NCBI GenBank assembly: GCA_951406725.2
Contig: OX597816.1
Location: forward strand, 118,420,001 to 118,484,000
Reading direction: 5' to 3'
Length of the DNA: 64,000 nt
DNA from: Octopus vulgaris
Taxonomy: Eukaryota
Part shown: one piece after another, positions 24,333-37,789 of the stretch
Numbering within the stretch: the first letter of the stretch is position 1
How the letters are laid out: every line of letters starts with the position of its first letter
Made by a program: the position numbers and the translations under genes
The notes under the pieces: generated by a model
The model's input: only the letters and a program-made list of their open reading frames with translations
Databases searched by the model: none
Told to the model about the DNA's origin: nothing

Positions 24333-24362
24333 GTGAGTGAGTGTGTATGTGTGTGTGTATGT
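24249..24362. repeat. (GA)n microsatellite with GT-type extension
   Basis: Directly visible. Confidence 0.97.
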
Positions 24363-24662
24363 AAGGGATGGGGGAATTAAGTATAAAGGATGAAGAGTTA
24401 AATACATCAAAGCTTTTGAGACAGGGAAATGAACTCATACATTTTTATTCAGAAGGAAGAAAAGAGAAAATCAGAATAAAGTAAAATAAAAAAAAAAAAA
24501 GAGGAAGTAGAGAGAGAAAATACATACTGAAAGTACAAGGAGAACAGCTGACCAGTGGTAATTAATCAGAATAAAGTCAAATGGTATACAACTTCAATAG
24601 ACAAAACAGATTCACATCCTTTTTCCAATTAGGAGAAAGAGAGAAGCCAGTTTACTAAATAC

Positions 24663-25130
24663 CTGCAAATACCTAAACAAATCCCTTCACTGCAGTCTGT
24701 CAACTTCACTTTAACACAACATACCAACTATTGGCTGAAGCATTTGTCATTTAGTGGACTTAACATTGGCACAATTACATTGGAATTGATTATTTGATGG
24801 AAGGCTGTTATAATTTCTTCAGTTCATACCAGAATCCAAATTTTTAAGATTGTTAATACAGTTGTAGTTAGTTTCAAAGAGTTATTGTTCAAGAAATTGC
24901 TGTACCCCTGACCAATTGTAAAATACCTCTTTAAAGTCTTAAAAGTTTTCACAGTATTAGATGTTACATCCAACCTGATTAGAGAATTATACCAGGTAAT
25001 AATATGTTTATGCAGCATCCTATAGTTTTTGTGAAGCATTAAGAAGTGGAATATACTGTAATTTCTGGTGAAAAATGCTATCTTTTAAAACAATGCTGTA
25101 ATAGGGCCCAGACATGATTAAAAACTTCAC
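24663..25130 (-). other. Candidate non-coding exon (468 bp)
   Basis: Acceptor catttcttcag| ending at 25131; donor TTGCAG|gtattt at 24662; non-repetitive; no ORF spans it. Confidence 0.4.
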
Positions 25131-25240
25131 CTGAAGAAATGTTATACATGCAGTGGTTACTATTATTCATAAAATATTCAAAACTATATGGAAAGCTAAC
25201 TGGAAGACTTCATTCAGTCACCTATAGAAGCAATACTTAC
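25131..25240 (-). other. Candidate 110-bp GT-AG intron
   Basis: Consensus donor ACACAG|gtaagtatt at 25240 and acceptor tttcttcag at 25131. The upstream exon ends at 25241; its 5' limit is unresolved. Confidence 0.5.
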
Positions 25241-25819
25241 CTGTGTACAAGTCTCATGTAATATCTAAAAAAAACTAACCAGACAAAAATAGTTACCACT
25301 TGCAATTCTTTTGCAAGACATTAAGTGGTGTGATGTTGAAATTCTCAAAACAGGTTTTTGAAGTGCCTTGATGTGCTTCAGATATCCTTTGAATTATTTA
25401 GAGTTCTCTTTCCTAACTCACATCTTTGTATCAAAAGGTTCTCTAGTTAAGTGTTTTCAAAGGCAATTCAAGTGAAAATAGTAGGTTCTACTAAACTGGC
25501 TTCTCTTTTTCTCATAATTGGAAAAAGAATTTGAATCTGTCTCATGTTATTATGACTTTCTTTTCCTTTTCTCCTTCTTCAACCCTTCCATATAACCAAG
25601 ATTATTTATCCATGCCTCATAGATATTAATACATTTCTCCCCTTTCCTGCATTTTACTTTTCCCCTTTGAGTCCAATATTTATATACTTTTATCTTCTCA
25701 TAGACATACACACAGATTTTGGTATTTTTATACACGCTTATAGCTTAAAGTGATCACTGTGCAATGACTAACGAAAATAGTCTAATAAAGCGGCTGAAAG
25801 TATATATATATATATATAT

Positions 25820-26355
25820 CAACATCATTTAACATCCATGGCATGGGTTGGACGGTTCGACTGGAGTCTGGGAAGCCAGGAGGGTGCACCAGGCCCCAAT
25901 CTGATCTGGCAGTGTTTCTACAACTGGATGCCCTTCCTAATGCCAACCACTCCGAAAATGTACTGGGTGCTTTTTATGTGCCATTATATATATATATATA
26001 TATATTGGATTGAACTGAATTACCTATGTTCAGCACAGTGAAGGATGAAGGTCTCAACATGTTCTCTCAATCAACCATGGTCTGATGGTAAAGCCATCAA
26101 TTTGAGCTTAAGATCATATTGGATTGATGACCCTTCTCAGCCATACTGGCTTGACGTGGTTTGGCAGAGGGGTGCAATTATATATATAAATCATCATCAT
26201 CATCATCATCGTTTAACGTCCGTTTTCCGCGCTAGCACGGGTTGGACAGTTCGACCGGGGTCTGGGAAGCCAGGGGCTGCACCAGGCTCCAGTTTGATCT
26301 GGCAGAGTTTCTACAGCTGGATGCCCTTCCTAACGCCAACCACTCCGCGAGTGTA
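25820..26355 (-). mobile_element. Two SINE family D 3' portions (25820-25985; young copy 26191-26355)
   Basis: (cat)n cgtttaacgtccgttttcc...ctacagctggatgcccttcctaacgccaaccac. Confidence 0.85.
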
Positions 26356-26984
26356 CTCTTACCCAGGAGTAACTAAATCAATTACATTGACCCCAGTACT
26401 CAGCTGGTATTTACTTTAATGTGTGTGTGTGTGTGTATCTGGTAGCAGAATTAGTCAAGCATCAAACAAAACTACCTTGTGGTATTTGTTTAGGTACCTT
26501 TATACCCAGTTCAACTTTACCTTTCCTCTTTTGAGGTTAGTGGAATATGTAGACAAAAGTAAAACCCTCAGAAGGAAGCAATCCACTCCCAATCATTATC
26601 CACAGCCTCATGACTGACAGCCAATGAAAGAAGAACCAAAGAATATGCAAATGTACACAGATGAACATGGAATCCTACATGCATGTGCATGCACAAACAC
26701 TGAATGCTATTAGAAAACCAACATGTAAATTTCTCTTCGGCCCTGAGAAGGCTGGTACATTCATTACTCCAGTTTTGTGGTATTAACATAAATGAAAGAC
26801 AAATATTTCTGAATAGGACAATGATCCAGCTCACATAAGGCATCTGTTCCTGACAACTAGATGAACTAAAACATGTAGATTTAAGTACTGCACAAATACA
26901 CAACAAAAACCCCTGGAGGTACAATCTAATTTAATACTCTTGTCCAGCAGTTATCTAAATCAATTATACATATATATATATTTC

Positions 26985-27275
26985 TAAAGAAGCTTGCTTC
27001 CCAACCTCATGCTTCCATGTTCAGTCCCACTGCATAGCATATTGGGCAAGTGTCTTCTACTAAAAGACGCCTGTTGTGTGTGTGTCTTTCCTCCCATCAC
27101 TGGTTGACAACCGGTGATGGTGTGTTTATATCCCCGCTACTTAGCGACTTGGTAAAAGAGACCAACAGAATAAGTACTAGGCTTAAAAAATAAGTCCTGG
27201 AGTGAATAAGAAAATTCCCTTAAGATGGTGCTCCAGTATGGCCACAGTGAAATAACAAAAATAAAATAAAAGAAT
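26985..27275 (+). mobile_element. SINE family A, internally deleted
   Basis: aagaagcttgcttcccaacc...gggcaagtgtcttctact and tail gaataagtactaggctt...ggtgctccagtatggccacagt. Confidence 0.75.
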
Positions 27276-27284
27276 GTATGTATG

Positions 27285-27372
<88 letters not shown>
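27275..27372. repeat. (TATG)n(TA)n(GA)n compound microsatellite
   Basis: Directly visible. Confidence 0.97.
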
Positions 27373-27375
<3 letters not shown>

Positions 27376-29481
27376 TGTATTAGAACATATAATACTACAA
27401 TATTTACCATGAAATCTCTCATATGGTTTTGTGGTATATATAAACACTCTTGTTTATAGCACTAGCAGGAGACAATCATTGCCATCACCATTGCAAAGAC
27501 TACCAGATCACATGATTTCAGCCTACATTTTTATATAGTCAAGATAAAAAAAATTAAAAAATGGTATCTACCTAAAAAATGTATCTAGAATGGCAAACCT
27601 TTATCCAATAATCAAACAGCACCTAAGATTACATCCACCTGAGTTACTAAATTCTTTTGTTGTTGTTTAACCCTGAAATCAGACCTGAGCTAATGTACAG
27701 CACACACATTTGATCACTACAAACTAACCATTTGTGCAAGTTGTTTGGCAAAAGCTAAACACTCCTACATCATCTTCGATGGGAGAGATCATCATCATCA
27801 TCATTATTATTATTATTATTATTATTATTACATTTTCCAATGTGTATCGCCTTTTTTAAAGTCAGTAAAGTCAGTGTATGATTTTTAGTAAATTTAGTGT
27901 GATTTGAAAGAGAGATTTAGTTGTTAGTTAATTTCATCATGCCTAAGAACCACACTGAGACTCTGGTAATTTTGTCAATGTTGCACTTTCAATCTGTCTT
28001 TCCATATTGTTAAATATAAGTAGATTTTTAGATTATTTCAGATTATTTACTTACACCTTTTTAACTAAACTTTCAATTTCACATCACCCAAGCTATGTTG
28101 CATTTAATCCTTCAATATAAAGATCCTCTTACACTGGGACACCCTTTGACTTCACACATTTCCAACTCCCCAAACAAACCAACAAAGGAGCTTCTCTATG
28201 GGCAAACTGAGGCCTATGAGACTTTCTGAATGGTTCGCCTAAATGAAAAGATATCTTGAATTATTTTTAGTGATGATGAGCCTTGTCTCTTGCAGCCTGC
28301 TTCTCAAAAACAGCTGCCCATGCCTGCTTTATATTGTTGATCAACTTGCTAGATATAGCAACTAAATCACCCTCAAATCACACCCAGCTATCTTTTAAAT
28401 ATCTGATAATCTTAGATATTCCTTAAAAAGACGTAGACGGTCATGGCTGGAAAGCTTCTTTTTAATCACAGAGCTGTAAGATCCAATCTGACTTAGGGAT
28501 AAACAACAACACTACAACTTCAAACTTCATGTTAATCATATTATATAAACTGACTGATTGCCACAATCTTTCCCATTTTCTTTAAAATAAACTGCTTTTG
28601 TTATGCAGATATGGAATTCTACAGACAATAAGAAAAACCAAGCAGATATGGGGTTTTTTTTCTGTTGTTTTTATTTTCCTTGTGGAATGGTAGTGATGAA
28701 TAAGAAAAAAAAAAGTATCTAGAAAAACGACCAAGCAAGCAGAGTGTAATAACAAGGTAAATGTAAAAGATGTCAAACACATTACATGGCTGAATATATA
28801 TCCCCCATATGTGTAAGCCACAGATTCATCATCAAGCTTTCAGTGAACATTGCAAATTAAACAGACAAGAACAACTGCACTGTATATATGGACCATGCAT
28901 CTTAAAAAGATTTACAACTCCCTCTGTGCTTTAAAGCATTAAGGATAAAACAACAAAAGCTATCATAATAAACTAAAAAGGATGAATGAAATAAAACTAA
29001 AATAGATTGCTACTGGCACCAGATAGGAGGCGAAAGAAGAGCAAACATTTCAATATATATGAACTAAAAATCCAATAACTTAATAGAAAATTTGTTTTCA
29101 ACTGTAAAAAAAAAATACAGATGTGAAACAAGAACAAGGTTGGCAGACCAGATTGAAAAGTTTAGTTCACTTAGTGAATTAGTTGCTTCTGTGTAAGAGC
29201 AGCACTGGTGGTGGTGGTGGTGACAATGATGATGCAAGTGTGTTACAGAAAACACAAAGAAAAGTCTAAGAGGGAAAACATAAAGAGAAAGGAAGTGAAC
29301 ATAAGAGGCACCCCCACAGCTTTATGCTCAGAAAAAGTGTATAAAATATAGCTTTATGCATAAAAAGAATGTGTAAATCAAGATCTGCACATAAGAGTAC
29401 AGTTTACAGTTTTGTATGGAAAAAAAAGTCCATAAATTTGTAAATAGGAGTGCATAAATTCACAAATACATTTTTTTTTAA

Positions 29482-29684
29482 CCTTTTAGCATTTAAACCA
29501 GCCCAAATATCCTACCTGTTTTATGTTCAAACAGGTCATATCGAGCCTTTCACACCTACTTTACAATGTCATTCTAAAAGTAGACAGTCACATCATTGAA
29601 ATCTCAATGCTACAAGATAATGCATGATTGATTCAAAACAATGTGAAACATTACATTTGACAGAGTGATCTAAAACCTAAAAGG
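29482..29684 (+). mobile_element. MITE family A copy
   Basis: TTAA at 29478 and 29685; body matches 2853-3073. Confidence 0.82.
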
Positions 29685-29759
29685 TTAAAGGGAAGACATC
29701 TAAACCCAAAGATTGAACAAGCCTAGATTATTATGGATGGTACACAGGTGACTGGAGGA

Positions 29760-29940
29760 GTGGCATGTAAAAAGCACCCAGCACACTCTTTTTAGTGGTT
29801 GACGTTAGGAAGGGGCATCCAGCAGTAGAAACCATGCCACAACAGACAATTGGAGTCTGGACAGCTCTCTGCTAGTCGGCTCCATGTCAAACCATCCAAC
29901 CCATGCCAGCATGGAAAGCAAATGTTAAACAATAACAATG
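29760..29940 (+). mobile_element. SINE family D
   Basis: gtaaaaagcaccc...gtggttgacgttaggaaggggcatccagcagtagaa...caacccatgccagcatggaaag. Confidence 0.78.
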
Positions 29941-30029
29941 ATATTGCACAACTGCCACTATGTACAGTAATACTCTGCAGAAATTGCACATTAATGTCAT
30001 GATGTAAAGAGTTAGTGCAAGTCCATATT

Positions 30030-30335
30030 GCTGCATGGCTTAGTGGTTGGGGTATTCGACTTATGATCATGAGTTTGATTCTCAGCTACATGTTGTGTCC
30101 TTGAGCAAGACACTTTATTTTACATTGCTCCAGTCCACTCAGCTGGCAAAAATGAGTAGTGCTTGTAATTCAAAAAGCCAGCTTTGTCACACTCTGTGTC
30201 ACGCTGAATCTCTCTGAGAACTATGTTAAAGGTACACATGACTTTGGAGTGCTCAGCCACATGGACGTTTATTTCAGAAGCAAGCTGTTCCATTGGCAAG
30301 ATCAAATGGAACCTTTGTCATCATAACCGATGAAA
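30030..30335 (+). mobile_element. tRNA-derived SINE, further family (ttgtgtccttgagcaagacacttta core)
   Basis: Box A/B-like tggcttagtggtt...gagtttgattc, then a CORE/V-like motif. Inverted relative at about 46140-46330. Confidence 0.65.
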
Positions 30336-30339
30336 TGTC

Positions 30340-31380
30340 AGTAATTGCTGTACAGAAATACTGCACAATTCACTACATTGCTGCACAGAGACAGTACAAA
30401 ATATTGTCACTACTACACAGTATAGTGCAAAAATATACCAATGAGGGGGTCTTAGTATGGTTTCTTGTTCTGATAGGTAATAATAGCCTAATTCCCTCAA
30501 ATCACATACTATTGTCCTAAAAACTGACTACTGAACAATGTATTCCAAGGTATAAAAATGGGTTGGTTGTTCGTAGTTGGAGTACCTTTGGTCATAGATT
30601 TACCCAACCAAGACTGACCTGGGGCAAAGCAAAACCTGCACAGAGAAACCAGACACTCCCTACAATTTCACACAGGATCAGCACAAAGAAACTTTGAAAC
30701 TAGTGTACAAGAAATACCTTAAATTTATTTGGGAGTATATCAGTTTTACCTGTGGTCCCAATCTTTCTGTAAACAGACCACAAAGAATACAGAACATCAT
30801 ACTTCACATATTGCAGATAAATCACAAAATGAAGGCTGCAGATGCAAGAAGCATGTTTTATTACTGCAGCAAAATCCAATTCTCAGCCCTTGTCACTTGT
30901 TATACTTATGGTTACCTCTTCAGCATGCCGAAACATTACTACACTACTATCTCTTCCATTTTGACAACAAAATACATAACACAAAAACTGCAACCAAAAT
31001 TGTAGCAAAACATTTTGCTAGAACACACAACACTAGAAATGGGTGCAGAAGAGCAGAAACTACAGCATTCCAACAAAGCCCACTTTGCTTGCTTCCACTG
31101 TAATCATCACTAGAACCTACAAGCATGTGGTGAGGACAGACAAGACACTTACGAAGATAATACCACCAAAGATAGATCACACAATATTCCCTCTCTCATC
31201 TCACAATGCTGTGCTGAGATACACAACACCCTCCACAAAATGCTCTACAGAGATATCCTATAATTCAGTACAGAGATATTTTACAATATCATCCTTCTTG
31301 CAATACTCTTCAAAGAAATCCCAATACCACCCACTGCACAGAGCTGTGCAGAGATAGTGTGCAACTACCACTACAGTTTA
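30340..31380. repeat. Cryptic degenerate tandem repeat (motif about (g)ctgcacagagata...acaat)
   Basis: Recurrent ctgtacagaaata, ctgcacagagaca, ctgcacagagaaa, ctctacagagata, cagtacagagata, ctgtgcagagata. Confidence 0.5.
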
Positions 31381-32569
31381 AATACTATAAACAAACTCTG
31401 TGTGTGTGTGTGTGTGTATGGACACACACAACTGCTGGACAACTGACATAATCTCCAAAGTTGGCAAATATCATTTACTAAATACAGTTTAACAAATAAC
31501 AATGAAATAAGATAAACCAACAAACCTGCCAGTGCCATTTTCTAAATGACATGGACATTAAGAGATCAGGGAATTAGAGCCCAGCTTAAGTAACAACCTA
31601 TCAAGTGAAGTACAAGTCATATCAGCAATGGAGAAAAATGAGAGTGAACATTGATTTGTTGAAGAACAAAAAGACAGAATCTGACAAAATTATAAATTAA
31701 ATAAGACAATTATCCTCATCCTCTTCATCATTTTTTTTCTCTCATGCTGTCATGGGTAGCATAAATCTGCAGCATAACATGTCATCTCCAGTCAACACAG
31801 CTCTGCATCATCATCATCATTATCATCATCATCAGGCATATTTTCTTTGGTTTACTGCTGCTACCACACTAATGATGAGATAGCTGGATGGATTAGATAA
31901 GCAAGTGCTCTTCGAACTAACAGGGTAGGAGTTCAAATCATTTGCTATAGACATTTTTGTGTGTTCTAGGCAAACTATTTTATTCCAGATTGCTTCTGTT
32001 AATCTAGCTGTCAAGAATAGCTGCCAGATAATATATAGCTGACTGTAATAAACTGGTATCCTACCCGAAGGGAGATATATCCTCTATTTAAAAGTAAGCA
32101 GTGTCCTCCAAAAATATTAAGAAACTTATATTTACTGTTACCACAAGTATTTTCCATCAACTCATAAATTTCTTCCCCACATTCTAAACTACATGTGTAT
32201 GCCACACATTTATTTGTCAGTGTCTTTGATTCTCAGATGTTTCCTCAACTCATTTGTGTTAATCCATTCATGAGGCTTGGAATTACACCAGGCAATAACT
32301 AAAAGAGAATATGGACTGAAGATAATATATTACACTCAGTAATAATAACAACATATGAGATGTCTTAGTCAAGCAGTGGGGTTCTCAATGCTACATATTC
32401 AACAACAAAGTCAGTCCTTTCATGATAAGAAAATCAATTTTTTGTTGCAGCATAACAATCTTTTAAATCTCCATACACCAACTGATTAACTATCTATACC
32501 ATTAAATCAATTCATTTAAAAGCTTATCTTAAAAAAAACTCCTGGTGATTTTATCTATCATCACCATCA

Positions 32570-33175
32570 TCATCATTTTAACACCCATTTTTCAACACTT
32601 TCATGGGTCAGATGGAACCCATTGGGGAAGATTTTCTACATCCAGATACCCTTACTGTCGTCAATCCTCGCCAGTTTCCTAGCAAGATAATATTTCCCCC
32701 ATGGTGAGACATATCTTCAAGGAAGATTAGAAATGAAATACACTGCTGGTATGCAGATGATGCATATTTACAACCATTGTGCAAAGTCAAAACAAGGAGA
32801 CACACATACAAACGCATGCACACACAATAAGCTTCCTTCTGTTTCCATTTACCAAATCCACTCACAAGGTTTTGGTTATCCCAAAGCTAGAGTAGAAGAC
32901 ACTTGCCCCAGACAAGGTGCCAAACAATGGAACTAACCCTGAAACCACATGATTGGTGGGAAGTGAACTTCTAACTAGACAGCTACGCCTGCACTGCTTG
33001 GTTAAGAAACTCACTCCCTAACCACATGATTTCAGGTTCAGTCCCACTGCAAGGTATCTTAGGCAAGTACTTTCTACTGTAGCCTCAAGCAGACCAAAAG
33101 CCTTGTGAGCATATTTGGTAGATGGAAACTGAAAGAAGCTCATTGTCTGTCTCTCCATCTGTCTGTCAGTTTGTG

Positions 33176-33212
<37 letters not shown>

Positions 33213-33385
33213 CTCTTTCTCGTGATATCACAAGATAGTTACAAATGAGCAAACACTTGTTCCAGTCTCCCTTGGGGCATGTCCAGACACAGGGGGAAAT
33301 ATTAGCTTGCTTGGGGACAAGTGAGAGCTGCCAACAGGAAGGGTGTTTGAACAGGATCGAAAAGTGGACTTTATTATGATGGTCA
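32570..33385. mobile_element. Head-to-head inverted pair of family B SINEs (32570-32992 minus; 32993-33385 plus)
   Basis: ccaaatccactcacaagg...gaagacacttgcc...accacatg mirrored by accacatg...ggcaagtactttctact...ccttgtgagcatatttgg. Confidence 0.8.
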
Positions 33386-33984
33386 CACACACACATCATG
33401 TACAACTCAAAACCGAAGTCTAGCTTAAGCTAGACTTTGGCTGTGACTAATCACCAGCATGACTAATCACCAACAAGCACTTAGGACAGCTATATAAAAA
33501 TCACTGACTTTTACATTTTATTCAATGGCTAGACACATATACACCAAAATAGCTGTGCCATTAATTTCTGCAGTAGACCAAAGATCTATCCTAATAAATA
33601 TTGCTATCATGACCAAAACTTAACATCATAACAATACAAATGGTGATGGGGCTTCAAGTCAGATGTGAACACTACATCTAACAATCCAATACAGCAGGTT
33701 TCTCCATCTAAAGCATATATATGCAATTTTTTGATCTAGGATTATTTCTAAACATTTCATTAGAGAACTCCATGTTACACAACAACTGAAATAGAACTGA
33801 CTGCTATTGTTACTCAGTAGCAACTACCATCAGCAAGTAGTCTTTAATGAAACTGCTACAACCATAGCTATCGCGTTCAAAAGTATACTTCTATTCTACT
33901 TACGTTCTTTTTAGTTGAAAGAGGAAAGGAAACTTATTTCATCATTGAGTTATTGGTTTCGAATAAAAGATGTTGGAGAAATAC

Positions 33985-34154
33985 GTGGAGGTGTGGTTGT
34001 GTGGTAAGAAATTTGCTCCACAACTACATGGCTCCAGGTTCAGTCCCAATGTGTGGCATCTTAGGCAAATGCCTTCTACTATAACGTTGGGGCTGACCAA
34101 AGCCGTGTGAGTGGATTTGATAGATAGAAACAGAAAGAAGTCCATCATGTATAT

Positions 34155-34206
<52 letters not shown>

Positions 34207-34400
34207 TCCACCACTACTTGACAAGCAGTGTTGGTGTGTTTACATCCCTGTAACTTAGTGTTCAGCAAAAGGAACCAATAGAATAAGTACCAGGCGTAAA
34301 AAGAAAATAAATACCGGCTGATTCATGTAGCTAAAATCCTTCAAGCCTGTGCCCCAGCATGGCCACAGTCTAATGACTGAAACAAGTAAACAATAAAAGA
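33985..34400 (+). mobile_element. Full-length SINE family A with central (GT)n
   Basis: gtgtggtaagaaatttgct...ggcaaatgccttctactata...gactgaaacaagtaaa. Confidence 0.85.
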
Positions 34401-35174
34401 TAGACACTCCAACAACAAACCAGTGAAGAATCCTCTGCACAGTTGCTTAACCTGTTAGAAATAGCAACCAAATCTCCCCCTTTCATGGGAAAGGCAAGAG
34501 AACACAATGGATAATTTATCTCTATATGCCACTAAAACTTTGGGATCATCATGGCAGGAATGCTTTTAATCGGCAGTCTGTTCAATCATGGCCAACCTGG
34601 AGCTAAACAACAACAACAAAAGCAGGAATGAAGGAATTAGTAACTAACAAAAGGAAAAAAACGAGAAAAAAAAAACCCTTCAAATTGAGAATAGGATCAG
34701 TGGGATACTGAGGGAAATGGTATACAAAATAAATTAAAAGATAGATAAAAAAAAAGAAATAGACAATAAGCTGGAAGATAAATTTAAGATGGAATAATAG
34801 TTTCTGTATTATATATGCTGAAATTTATGGCTAAAGCCTAAAATGCTATTAGTTCACTTTATCAATTAAACATATGCACAATCAGCTCTTTGACAATTTT
34901 TGATAGCTAAGAAGACTGTTTCAATTAATTTTCAATATATCAAGCTTTTAGAGAGGTTTAGTATAATATAATTGTTGTTTAGTCCCAGGTCAGCCTTAAC
35001 TAAGCAGACCCACATTCAAAAGACATTCTACTTTGACTATTCTGCCCTTCTCTCAAGCATTGTATATCTAGGATCGCATTATCTTATCTGCCTCTCTCTT
35101 TTCAAAATGCTAGGACATAATCCAAGGGAAATTTGAGTGGCTATTTCTAGTGAGTCTAGAGGACCCCTTAATAG

Positions 35175-35455
35175 TTTGTGGGATGAAGTGATGAAAAATA
35201 GTCTTCAGATGTTGAGCTTCATAGCAGAGATGATTTTAAAGGCCCACAATGACAGGTGATTTGCTGTATCTGAGGAAACCCTTCCAGTTCAGTAAAATTG
35301 AAGCCATAGAGGCATGACCAATGCTCTGCACAAAATCTGTCCCTCACAACCCATCTTCCTACCACCTCCCTTATCCCCTACCCTGGTTCACCATTTGCTG
35401 TCTTCCCCTCTCCTCATGGAAGGAAGACATTAAATGATGATGAGGATGTAAATTA
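35175..35455 (+). mobile_element. RTE LINE extreme 3' end
   Basis: WDEVMKNSLQMLSFIAEM, typical of the RTE C-terminus, and tail catggaaggaagacattaaatgatgatg. Confidence 0.5.
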
Positions 35456-35812
35456 AAAAACTGTGGGTGAAATAAAAATGTAAACACATTCCTCCTGTGC
35501 TTTTGATGTGCAGGGTTAAAAGGGGAGAACAGAGTCTCCTGATGAACCACTGAATGTTTTCTTGACTGCTTTTCAGTGTTGAGCATTAAATATCATCATC
35601 ATCATTATCATTTAACTTCCTCCTTTCATACTGGCATGAGTTGGGCAGTTTTACAGGATCCAATAGATCCAAGGGCAGTATTGTGTACCAATGTCTGCTC
35701 TGGCATGGTTTCTAGGGCTGGATGCCCTTCATAACGCCAACCACTTCACACCATGTACTGCATCCTTTTTTTTTTATAACACCAGCACTATTGAGATTGC
35801 TATACAGCTATA

Positions 35813-36279
35813 TAGTAGCTGAATATTCCATTCTATTGATTAAGAAATTAAACTAGGTTTGCTTTAGAGGAGCAATTAAAAAAAAATATGAAATGGTCTA
35901 TTAGAAGACTCTACCCTCTTTTTTTTCTGTACATCAAAAACATAGAAGTAATGTGTTTACATCAACATTATTTTATGTCCATTTTTTTCCCCATACTTGC
36001 ATAGCTTGGATGCAACACAACATCTCACTATTAGTTGTGGATTATAATCATCATCACCATCATCATCTTCATGAGGTTTAGCATTCAGAGATCAGTTTTC
36101 ATTACTTCTTATGAATTTGTAATAAAAAAAAAATCTAGTAGCTGAATATTTCTATTCTATTGATTGAGAACGTAAACTAGGTTTATCTCTGAGGAGCAAT
36201 TAAAAAAATATAGCCTATCAGGAAACTCTCCCCCTTTTTTTCTCTGTACATCAAAAAAATAGAAAAAATTAGTTTACAT
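35813..36279. repeat. Local ~145-bp direct duplication (35813-35962 and 36136-36279)
   Basis: tagtagctgaatatt...aaactaggttt...gaggagcaattaaaaaaa...ctgtacatcaaaaa...gtttacat occurs twice. Confidence 0.9.
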
Positions 36280-36555
36280 TCTAATTTTGTCCATGGCTTG
36301 GCTTTGTTATATTTAAATTAATTTTGTTTATTTATTCATATATAATCTGATTTCAGACTTGAAATTTCAGTTTAAGTAGGTTGACATTAGTTTGCTGTGT
36401 CTCAGGCAAGGATGGTATGAAAATGACTATGATTATGGTTAATGATATCTATCAGTAAGCAACAGTAAGAAACTGAGCTACAGTGAGATATTTGAGATTC
36501 CTACGCTTGAAATAGTAGTTTATTGACAGAATGTAAAATATAGTGACTGTGAGGT

Positions 36556-36558
<3 letters not shown>

Positions 36559-36619
<61 letters not shown>
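36559..36619. repeat. (TA)n microsatellite
   Basis: Directly visible. Confidence 0.98.
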
Positions 36620-36622
<3 letters not shown>

Positions 36623-37789
36623 TACTTGCCAATCTTTTTGACATTGCGACATACTGGAGATCAAACAAAAACATTTCTGGCACACTTTGCATGAAGGTTT
36701 TTAAAAAATACTATGCTGAAAAATTCAAAAAAAGGAAGCACTGAAGACTATTGCTTATCTTCTTTTATACCTATGTATAACTAAATTACGAATAACACAT
36801 TTTTCAAGACACTCAAGCATTAGTGTTAAATTTTTTTATCATCTTAAATTATATTTTTTATCATTTTGCAGCACATCGTGATACACCTTGCAAGTACACT
36901 AGTGTATAGCCTTTCAGAACCACAACTATATGTCGACAAGTTATATAGTAAAAATGGAGTCACTAAATAAAAATGAAATGTTTTTAGCAAATTTAGATGT
37001 TGAACAATTTTCGCTCTAATTAAATATTAAAATACTCTTTACATAAAGAAAAGCAAAAATTTTTCATAAAGCACACTAAAACATCAATAAATTTAGGGAT
37101 AAATATGTATAACAAAAGAGAAAAAGTGAAGTGAAATATCCTAACAAAACACTCAACAGTAGTTTCCCCTAAATGTCATCAAATTATCCAAATAAGAAAA
37201 ATTTAGCACCAGTGTAGACCAAGGATCTCAACAGTTATTCAAATAGTCTAAAACATGATCTAATATAACCTACTATTTCATAAGACAGCAAGAATAATTT
37301 AAGGGGGATTTGGCTACTATTTAGAGCAGGTCAGGTGAAACTGTAGAAACTCTTTTGTTAGTTTTGTCTCCTGTTTCTGCTGATTGCAATAGAAGGTTGA
37401 AATCGAATCATTTCCTCTCCAGCAAATCCAGCAGAAACAGAAGGCTCAACCTCCAGTAAATTTTATGAAAGCTGAATCAGTGTTGAATTTAGTATAGCTG
37501 GATGACTCAACTCTCAAATGTTGTTTGCAAATTGACAGCAAAGAGAGGTTACTTGCCTTACTGATTGTTGAGAATAATCAGCATTTGTAGGAATTCCTTG
37601 CTTTGACCTATATGGCTCTCCACATGTATCACCAACATCAACATTATTATATATCCATTTCTTTTGATGTAACACAGCATCTCCCTATTACTTGTGGGAT
37701 CATAGCGGTCATCATCACCATAATCTTCATCATCGTCATCTCCTTCATGAGGTTCAGCATTCTGAGATAAGCTATCTCTACTTTTCATG

